Shown one piece after another: positions 25,257 through 32,000 of a DNA stretch of 32,000 nucleotides. Made by a program: the position numbers and the translations under genes. The number at the start of each line of letters is the position of its first letter. The stretch's first letter is position 1. The notes under the pieces were generated by a model. It did no database searches, was not told where the DNA came from, and was given only the letters and a program-made list of their open reading frames with translations. This DNA is from Candidatus Nitrosomarinus catalinensis. GTDB taxonomy: Archaea > Thermoproteota > Nitrososphaeria > Nitrososphaerales > Nitrosopumilaceae. The stretch is from contig NZ_CP021324.1 in the NCBI RefSeq assembly GCF_002156965.1, forward strand, positions 600,681-632,680, in the 5' to 3' direction.

Positions 25257-26223
25257 TTTTTTCTATCATTTTGCGGTCTTTTTGGGCATCGTTTCCATCC
25301 ATCGTTAAGTATCCTTGTGTAATAATTCCATTTGCTCCACTTTGTAACAATTCTTCACCTGAATCATCCAAGTTTGTCTCTCTTCCTCCAGAAATTTTAA
25401 TGACTGATTCAGGCAATAAGAAACGTATGACTGAAAATATTCTGGTAATTTCAGAATTAGGTAAATCCACTTGTAATTCTAAAGGTGTTCCTGGAACCGG
25501 AACTAGTATGTTTATTGTTACTTCTTCAGGATATATTCTTGCTAACTCTAATGTCATTTCGATTCTCTGGTCTCTTGTTTCTCCTAAACCAATAATTCCT
25601 CCAGTACACAACTCCAAACCTGCCTCTCTTGCAATTTCAAGTGTGTCTAATCTGTCTTGGTAAGTGTGAGTTGTACATATTTCTGGAAATTTTGACTTTG
25701 CTGTTTCTAAATTATGATTATATCTTTTTACTTTTAGTTCTTTGAGTTTAGTTGCTTGTTCTTTTGTTAGAAAACCCAAACTACATTCAACACTAATTCC
25801 AACTTTATTATTAATTTCTGAAATGATTTTACAAACATTTGTAAAATCTTTTGATGAAGGTTCTCTCCATGCTGCAACTAGACAATATGATTCTGCACCC
25901 TCATCTTTTGCTTTTTGAGCTTTTGTAACTACCTCTTCTGGTGTTGGTAATTGATATGTTTCAATACCTGTATCAAAAAATGCTGATTGTCCACAAAAGG
26001 TACAATCTTCACTACATGCATTTTTTTTAATATTGTTTAATTGTTCAACATCTACTTTATTTCCATTATAGTCTCTAGTTATTTCATTGGCACATCTAGC
26101 TAATTCTTTGAGATCATCTTCTGGAACGTTAAATAACTTCTTTGCATCTTCTGAGGAAATCCTTTCTCCTGAAAATACTTTTTCTTGACACTCCTTGATA
26201 AATTCCAAATTGCTCATGTTCAA
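25240..26223 (-). CDS. bioB: Biotin synthase (radical SAM)
   Basis: 327 aa. CSEDCTFCGQS radical-SAM CxxxCxxC motif and YNHNLET. Overlaps bioF by 17 nt. Confidence 0.9.
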   Translation of the reverse strand: MNMSNLEFIKECQEKVFSGERISSEDAKKLFNVPEDDLKELARCANEITRDYNGNKVDVEQLNNIKKNACSEDCTFCGQSAFFDTGIETYQLPTPEEVVTKAQKAKDEGAESYCLVAAWREPSSKDFTNVCKIISEINNKVGISVECSLGFLTKEQATKLKELKVKRYNHNLETAKSKFPEICTTHTYQDRLDTLEIAREAGLELCTGGIIGLGETRDQRIEMTLELARIYPEEVTINILVPVPGTPLELQVDLPNSEITRIFSVIRFLLPESVIKISGGRETNLDDSGEELLQSGANGIITQGYLTMDGNDAQKDRKMIEKIGLEA

Positions 26224-26288
26224 AGTTTTTTATTTCCATTTATAAAAATATGGTAATTGTTAACCCTAAGAAATTCCCTAGTTAACAG

Positions 26289-27605
26289 TCAAATAATATG
26301 TGATTTTGCTGCCTGAATAGTCTTAATTGTCTTTTTTAGGAGTGATTCCAACTCATTTTCCTCAATTGATAAAGGAGGTACCAACATCACGATATTTCCA
26401 AGAGTTCTTAGGTATATCCCATTTTTCTTTCCTTCTTCAAAGAATACTTTGTTAATTGATTTTTTTGTTTTAATTGGAATTTTCTTTTTCCTATCTGATA
26501 CCAGTTCGATTCCCATCAACATTCCTTTATGTCTAATGTCTCCTACAATGTCTATTGCAGATATATCATCATAATACTGTGAAAATATTTTGGATGTCTT
26601 TTGTATTTTTTTAATTAAATCATACTTCTCATACATCAAAATATTCTGATTGGCAACAGATGCTGCAATTGGATTTCCAGTATATGTGTGTCCATGAAAG
26701 AGATGTTTCCATTGATTAAACTCTCCTGAAAAAGAATCATAAATTTTTTTACTTGATAGTGTAGCTGCCATAGTAAGATACCCTCCGGTTAACATTTTTC
26801 CATATGCCACAATATCTGGAATACTTTTTTGTTCTTTGTATTGAATCATTGATCCTAATCTGCCAAAACCAGTTGCAATCTCATCTAAAACAAATAGTAT
26901 TCCATGCTTCTTGCATAATTTACTAATTTTTCTTTGAAAATCATTTGGATAGATAATCACTCCGCCTGCCATTTGTGCACCACTTTCCATTATGAAGGCA
27001 GCAATGTTGTTGTCTTTAGAAAATCTTTTTTCCATTTTTTCTAAACAATCATTTTGGTAATCAGTTAATGTCAATCCTTTAGGAATCCTGTACTTGTTTG
27101 GAACTGGAAATTGTATAGTTGAAAATAATTGTTTTTTAAATTTACCAAAAAATTCAGGAACATATCCCACTGACATGGCTCCAAATGTGTCCCCATGATA
27201 TCCATTTTCAATAGTTGCAATCTGTGTTTTTTTTGATTCTCCTATATTTTTCCAATATTGCAATGCAATTTTTATGGCTATTTCCATTGCAGATGAACCG
27301 TTATCTGAATAAAACACCTTATTCATTCCCGGAGAAATTCTTATCAGATTTTTTGCCAATTTTTCAACAGGGTCATTTGTAAGATTAAACATTGATGAGT
27401 GCTGAATTTTTTTACTCTGATTTGTAATTGCTTTGACTAATTCTGGGTTGGAATGTCCCCAAACATTGCACCACATTGATCCTACTGCATCAATTATTTT
27501 ATTACCTTTAGAATCAATTAGCCATATTCCTTTACCTTTTGATATTGTATCAAAAGTGCCCCATTCTTTCATCTGGGTATTTGGATGCCATACAGAACTA
27601 GTCAA
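26289..27605 (-). CDS. bioA: Adenosylmethionine-8-amino-7-oxononanoate aminotransferase
   Basis: 438 aa. Class-III aminotransferase (WCNVWGH, FVLDEIATGFGRLG, YGKMLTGGY). Confidence 0.88.
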   Translation of the reverse strand: MTSSVWHPNTQMKEWGTFDTISKGKGIWLIDSKGNKIIDAVGSMWCNVWGHSNPELVKAITNQSKKIQHSSMFNLTNDPVEKLAKNLIRISPGMNKVFYSDNGSSAMEIAIKIALQYWKNIGESKKTQIATIENGYHGDTFGAMSVGYVPEFFGKFKKQLFSTIQFPVPNKYRIPKGLTLTDYQNDCLEKMEKRFSKDNNIAAFIMESGAQMAGGVIIYPNDFQRKISKLCKKHGILFVLDEIATGFGRLGSMIQYKEQKSIPDIVAYGKMLTGGYLTMAATLSSKKIYDSFSGEFNQWKHLFHGHTYTGNPIAASVANQNILMYEKYDLIKKIQKTSKIFSQYYDDISAIDIVGDIRHKGMLMGIELVSDRKKKIPIKTKKSINKVFFEEGKKNGIYLRTLGNIVMLVPPLSIEENELESLLKKTIKTIQAAKSHII

Positions 27606-27682
27606 GTATTTTGATATACTTTCTGAACTTAATAATTTCTTGTAATTGTTTTTATTTTAAATAAAAAAATACGCTTAAAAAT

Positions 27683-27841
27683 TTAGTTTTTTAGACGTTT
27701 TTTTTCAAAATTTTCTCTATGGTATGCAAGCTGTTTTTTTAAATTTATAACTTCTCTGTATTTTTCACGATATCTTTTATTCTGTTCTCGTCGTAATTCT
27801 TTATTCTCTTTTTTTAATTCATTTAGAAACTGCAAATCCAT
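27683..27841 (-). CDS. Possible 52-aa Lys/Glu/Arg-rich coiled-coil peptide
   Basis: Hand translation gives MDLQFLNELKKENKELRREQNKRYREKYREVINLKKQLAYHRENFEKKRLKN. Below the ORF-track cutoff. Confidence 0.3.
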   Translation of the reverse strand: MDLQFLNELKKENKELRREQNKRYREKYREVINLKKQLAYHRENFEKKRLKN

Positions 27842-27902
27842 TATTTGCAGTACATGATATTTGTATTAAAACGATAATTTTTTTTCATAGTACTTAGATT
27901 TT

Positions 27903-28133
27903 TTACTCTTTTTCTTTCATTTGACTGCGTAATTTTTTTTCATTACCTCTCCAAATTTCTTCCATTTGAAAATGATATTTTATTTTCTTTTGAGATTTTT
28001 CATCCGATATTCTGGTTTTTTTCATTTCTTCTTCTAGTTTTTTTCTGGTGGATTCATGAAACTGTATTTTAAATAAAATTTCATCCAATTTTTTTTCCTG
28101 AAACTTTTTTACCTTATTTTTGAAAAAATCCAT
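27903..28133 (-). CDS. Small Lys/Glu-rich coiled-coil protein
   Basis: 76-aa ORF of highly charged helical sequence, similar in character to the adjacent 52-aa ORF. Confidence 0.4.
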   Translation of the reverse strand: MDFFKNKVKKFQEKKLDEILFKIQFHESTRKKLEEEMKKTRISDEKSQKKIKYHFQMEEIWRGNEKKLRSQMKEKE

Positions 28134-28188
28134 ATCTTTAGTTAATGATAATTCCGCATAAAAATAATTAGATTATAATGTAGATGAA

Positions 28189-28752
28189 ATGGGATTTAAC
28201 CATATGTCTGAGGAATCTAATCCAATCAAAGACTATCTTTTTGATTACATTGACAAATCAAAAACCATTCCTAAATTAATTGCTGAACAAAAATTTGATG
28301 TTATTATCGATGAAATTATTCAAAATTGCTATGATGATATTATAGTAATGGATGAAAAAGAGGAGGCAATTGGAATACTGGCAACAGGGTTGCTCCACTA
28401 TTTGCTTACAAATGCTCTTTTAAACAGTCAAAGAAAAGTGGAATATCAAGGATTAGAACTTGATATTGTAATACCTGATGTTAGGACATTGGAAAAAGAT
28501 TCAAAAATGACTCTGTTAATATTAATTCCAAAATCTTCTGATAAACAAATTATTGATCAAAAGATCTCTCAATTAAAGTCTGTACAACCAACTATTGAAA
28601 ATATTTGGGTTGTTTTATCCAAAGATGTCAATACAAATTGTAAATCATTTGTTTTATCCAAAGAAAATAATTCCTTTTCAAAAATAATATTTGAAATCTC
28701 ACAATTTTCAAATGTTGGTAAATCAAACAAGTTCAAAATTCTAAGAATTTAA
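28189..28752 (+). CDS. Hypothetical protein
   Basis: 187-aa ORF on the strand opposite to the bio genes. No secure motif. Confidence 0.5.
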   Translation: MGFNHMSEESNPIKDYLFDYIDKSKTIPKLIAEQKFDVIIDEIIQNCYDDIIVMDEKEEAIGILATGLLHYLLTNALLNSQRKVEYQGLELDIVIPDVRTLEKDSKMTLLILIPKSSDKQIIDQKISQLKSVQPTIENIWVVLSKDVNTNCKSFVLSKENNSFSKIIFEISQFSNVGKSNKFKILRI

Positions 28753-28754
28753 AA

Positions 28755-29438
28755 TTATTTTAAAACTAATTTCATATCTATATTTTTTTTAAAAATTCTG
28801 TATAGTGATTTATCGCTCATATCTTTAATGAATGGAATTGAACCTAACACCTTAATTCCAGTTAAACTTTCTAAATCTTTTTTTAATTGATTAATTGGAT
28901 ATCCCTTATCAAAATTATTGATAATTATGCCCTTGATTGGAATTTTGTATTTTTGACACATCTTTACTGTCATAATTGTGTGATTGACTGTACCTACTTT
29001 ACTTCGTGTAACTATAATTGTAGGAATTTTCATATCCTTTATCAAATCCGTTACAAAATAATTTTTAAGAATTGGAGTCATAGTTCCGCCCATTCCTTCT
29101 ACCAACATCATCTCGTGTTTTTTTGATAATTTTTTAAAACTAGAAAGAATTAGTGGGATCTTTGGTTTAATTTTTAATTTCTTCCATGCAGTATAGGGTG
29201 AGGCTGAAATTGGGAAAAATTGTGGATTTACTAATTCTTCTGGATCATCTATTTTAGCTGAGTTTGATAAAATTTCTACATCTTCTGACTTGAAACCTTT
29301 TTTTTGCTTTACACCTGCAGCAAAAGGTTTCATCACGCCTACATCTATGTTCATTTTTCGTAAAGTGATTGCTAATCCTGCAGTGATGTATGTTTTTCCA
29401 ACATCTGTGTCAGTCCCTGTAATAAAAATTGACTTCAT
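28755..29438 (-). CDS. bioD: Dethiobiotin synthase
   Basis: 227 aa. P-loop IFITGTDTDVGKT and EGMGG motif. Confidence 0.88.
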   Translation of the reverse strand: MKSIFITGTDTDVGKTYITAGLAITLRKMNIDVGVMKPFAAGVKQKKGFKSEDVEILSNSAKIDDPEELVNPQFFPISASPYTAWKKLKIKPKIPLILSSFKKLSKKHEMMLVEGMGGTMTPILKNYFVTDLIKDMKIPTIIVTRSKVGTVNHTIMTVKMCQKYKIPIKGIIINNFDKGYPINQLKKDLESLTGIKVLGSIPFIKDMSDKSLYRIFKKNIDMKLVLK

Positions 29439-29484
29439 TAGTTTTGTTAATAACTATCCCTTGATTAATTCATCGGTTTTGAGA

Positions 29485-30018
29485 TTACTTATGAATATCT
29501 AGAAAAATTTTTAGTTCTGGATAGCACAAATCAAACTCATTAATGTTATTAGTAATTTCAGGATATGTTTTTTCTAATTTTTCAAATACCCTTTCTTTGT
29601 TGATAATTTGGTATGTGGAAAATGGTGCATGATAATTTCTCTGAATAATTCTACTATCTAATAATTCTTTTAATCCTCTTGATATTGATGGATTTGATTT
29701 TTCAGTAAGTGCCACTAACTCAATTTGAGATAATGGCTTTTGTGATTTGAGTAAACCAATTACGATTGCCTTGACTGTTGGATTTAGAAGTAACTCGTAA
29801 AACTCTACAACTGTTTTATCTAATTCTGGTGAATATATTATCCTGAATTTACCTTTTTTTTGTTTAACTATAGTATCTTCGAGAAATATTGATAGATATT
29901 TCTCAACAGTTTCTGTTGCACATTGTGTCTCAGATACTAATTTCATAAATGTGACAGGTCTTTTCAATACACATTCTTTTACTGATTCCTTACACGGACT
30001 TAACTTTTGATTTGACAT
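29485..30018 (-). CDS. Putative transcriptional regulator with two winged-helix-like modules
   Basis: 177 aa. C-terminal module PLSQIELVALTEKSNPSISRGLKELLDSRIIQR is ArsR/MarR-like. The N-terminal part VTFMKLVSETQCATETVEKYLSIFLEDTIV is also HTH-like. Confidence 0.55.
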   Translation of the reverse strand: MSNQKLSPCKESVKECVLKRPVTFMKLVSETQCATETVEKYLSIFLEDTIVKQKKGKFRIIYSPELDKTVVEFYELLLNPTVKAIVIGLLKSQKPLSQIELVALTEKSNPSISRGLKELLDSRIIQRNYHAPFSTYQIINKERVFEKLEKTYPEITNNINEFDLCYPELKIFLDIHK

Positions 30019-30108
30019 CTATTACAATGTATTATGATAATTTCTTAAATAACAAATTGGTACATTTATCGAATAGTTAATTCTAATTTTATGTTCTATG
30101 AATGTAGA

Positions 30109-31503
30109 TTAGTTTGTAAAGACATAGCGTCTTTCGCCTCTGCTTTCTGTTTCAGTTTTTACATCAACTAAAACAAATTCCTTTTTAGTATGCATTTTGG
30201 ATTCCTCAGGAGTTAGTTTGTTTTCATGTAGATCCTCGTATTCACTCCAAGTTAATCTTCTTCTTGGTCCAATCTCTGCCTCTAGGTTCATGGATTTGAC
30301 AATATCTTCGTATTCTGGTTGGACTACGCCACTGAAAACCATTGCACTGCTTCCACTGCCATATGATCCAAATCCAATTCTTTTACCTTCTAAATCTACT
30401 CCTTTTTGATACTCAAATTCTAAACTACTTCTAAATCCAAGATACAATGATGCCGTATACAAATTACCAATCATGGATGAAGCAATAAGTGAACTTGATA
30501 ATTTTGATTCATACACATCTTGGTATTCTTGTGTTTTTGTAAACATTTTTGTAAATTCATGATCTTTGGCCATAAACTCTTCATCCCCTAATACTGATTC
30601 AATAGTTCCACGCGGATCTTTTGGAATTGGTTCTTCTGTTCCTATTTGTTCTAGGATATTTTTCCATCTAGGTAATTGACGCCACTCATGTCTAACTAAA
30701 TATGCCAATGCCTTCTTTCCCATGTTGCTGTAAGGTAAGTGCATGTTGATGTAGTCCATATGATCCAAAATTGTTTCACCTTCTTTCATCTCGATTAAAT
30801 TAGTTGCAACTACTCTTTTCTTGTATGCCTCTAATGCCTTTCTAACCTGAATCATGTATAGTAAATTTGAATATTGTCCATGTACAATTGGAGTTTCTTT
30901 TCCAAATGGTCTGTAGAAATCATATTCGTCTTTAATTGACGTTGATGTGACTTTTGGATCAAACTCTAATAATCTTGGCTTGTCATTTAGTAACATTACA
31001 ACTGAACCTGCACCTTGTGTCATTTCCCCGCTTGAACCCATGTCATATTTTGCAATATCAGAAACAACTACTAGGGCGCTTTTCCCTTCTGCCTCTCCTG
31101 CCCTAATCCAATTAGTATTATCATAAAGTGCATAAGATCCACTTACACAAGCAAATTTTGTTTCAACTCCTCCACAGTGTTCAAATGAGCCTTGACCGTA
31201 AACTTGTTCTAACATTCCAATAACGTAAGAATTCATTGCTTTTGATTCATCAAATGCAGATTCTGTGGAGATATACAGTCTTCCTATGTCGTCTGGTGAT
31301 AAATTATTTTTTTCCATAATTCGTAGACAAGCATTTGCAGCCAAACATGCAGGATCTTGATTTGCATCAACTATTGCCATTTGAGAAACACCTAATCCTT
31401 TTTGTAATTTTACAGGATCTAGTCCTCTTGCGTTTGCAAAATCTGCTGCATCAAGATATAATCTTGGAATATAGATTGCAACATCATCAATACCGGCTGC
31501 CAT
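30109..31503 (-). CDS. Hydroxymethylglutaryl-CoA synthase (long, about 460-aa form)
   Basis: 464 aa. Thiolase-fold condensing-enzyme pattern with STESAFDESKA, the catalytic-Cys context FACVSGSYAL and GFGSYGSGSS. Confidence 0.75.
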   Translation of the reverse strand: MAAGIDDVAIYIPRLYLDAADFANARGLDPVKLQKGLGVSQMAIVDANQDPACLAANACLRIMEKNNLSPDDIGRLYISTESAFDESKAMNSYVIGMLEQVYGQGSFEHCGGVETKFACVSGSYALYDNTNWIRAGEAEGKSALVVVSDIAKYDMGSSGEMTQGAGSVVMLLNDKPRLLEFDPKVTSTSIKDEYDFYRPFGKETPIVHGQYSNLLYMIQVRKALEAYKKRVVATNLIEMKEGETILDHMDYINMHLPYSNMGKKALAYLVRHEWRQLPRWKNILEQIGTEEPIPKDPRGTIESVLGDEEFMAKDHEFTKMFTKTQEYQDVYESKLSSSLIASSMIGNLYTASLYLGFRSSLEFEYQKGVDLEGKRIGFGSYGSGSSAMVFSGVVQPEYEDIVKSMNLEAEIGPRRRLTWSEYEDLHENKLTPEESKMHTKKEFVLVDVKTETESRGERRYVFTN

Positions 31504-31603
31504 AAGCTTCGTCTTCTACATGAGTAATTAAGTATTTGTTGTAAATTCTAGTTAACTAGGAATGAATTTTTTATTCTGTTTTGAGATTTTTACGCACAGA
31601 TCG

Positions 31604-32000
31604 CTAGTTTTCAAGTTGTTCATCAAACACTCTTTCAAAGACTTCAAATGGTTGTGCTCCAAACAATTTTGAAACTTGTCCATCGGAATTGATTACAAAA
31701 AATGCCGGAGTTCCAGTCAACTGCAATTTTTTGGCATCTTCATTACTAGTTAAGATTGTCTTTGAATGAGGTTTTTCATCCATACATTCAACCCATTGAT
31801 CCATATCCAAATTGATTTCTTTTGCAAATGATGTTAGGTTTTCTGGAGATGCCCATCCATTATTTTCGCCTGTCCAGTTTGAATAAAGAATATCGTGATA
31901 CTCCCAAAACATTCCTTGATCTTTTGCACAATGAGCACCATGTGAAGCATTTACTGAATCAGAACCAATTATGTTGAAATCTTTAAAAATTATTTTTACC
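31604..32000 (-). CDS. DsbA-family thiol:disulfide oxidoreductase, C-terminal part (N-terminus with the CxxC site lies beyond the window end)
   Basis: The frame stays open upstream of the ATG at 31912 to nt 31999 (...NASHGAHCAKDQGMFWEYHDILY...GTPAFFVIN). This is a typical DsbA/Thioredoxin_4 helical-insert and cis-Pro region. Confidence 0.7.
   Translation of the reverse strand, partial: VKIIFKDFNIIGSDSVNASHGAHCAKDQGMFWEYHDILYSNWTGENNGWASPENLTSFAKEINLDMDQWVECMDEKPHSKTILTSNEDAKKLQLTGTPAFFVINSDGQVSKLFGAQPFEVFERVFDEQLEN

Noticed and set aside
25271-25663. 130-aa plus-strand ORF antisense to bioB
   Set aside because: It lies inside a well-supported radical-SAM gene on the other strand and has no motif of its own.
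28189-28752. Possible PD-(D/E)xK nuclease motif (LDIVIPD ... LLILIPK) in the 187-aa orphan
   Set aside because: The second element lacks the acidic residue of the (D/E)xK triad. The resemblance is superficial without a structural or profile comparison.

Overview
AT-rich archaeal chromosome segment, roughly one-third GC by eye. Gene content and protein sequences look like a marine ammonia-oxidising thaumarchaeon (Nitrosopumilus-like). That assignment is an inference from motifs I recognise, since no search was possible. Order along the window: (1) purF (3' part), a DUF427 gene and purC, then an ArsR-type regulator and a PPOX-family protein. (2) An accessory-looking block at about 3.6-6.6 kb. 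It holds a Lys/Ala-repeat H1-like basic protein, orphan small, membrane and zinc-ribbon proteins, and a 640-bp gene-free stretch with G/C homopolymer runs and complementary hairpin loops. It also holds four copies of a 27-nt palindromic repeat, and it ends at tRNA-Asn(GUU). (3) A minus-strand ribosomal-protein operon running uL3-uL4-uL23-uS19-uL22-uS3-uL29-Rpp29-uS17-uL14-uL24-eS4-uL5-uS14-uS8-uL6. uL2 is absent from its canonical slot, and uS14 (59 aa) is missing from the ORF track but was found by hand translation. (4) A DUF171/SPOUT methyltransferase, proteasome alpha subunit and a DUF371 protein. (5) An 887-aa DEAH helicase with N-terminal zinc ribbons and a C-terminal DUF1998-type Cys cluster (COG1205/MrfA-like). 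It overlaps by 4 nt (ATGA) a SpoT/Mesh1-like HD-domain protein whose HD dyad is degenerate. This pair is my best candidate for an undescribed system. (6) An ESCRT-III-like protein and a split DipZ-like CcdA plus thioredoxin-fold pair. (7) bioF-bioB-bioA, separated from bioD by three unrelated small genes. (8) A tandem-wHTH regulator, HMG-CoA synthase and a DsbA-like protein that runs off the window end. No CRISPR array, rRNA, transposase or integrase is visible. All family assignments rest on recognised motifs and should be confirmed by HMM or BLAST searches.
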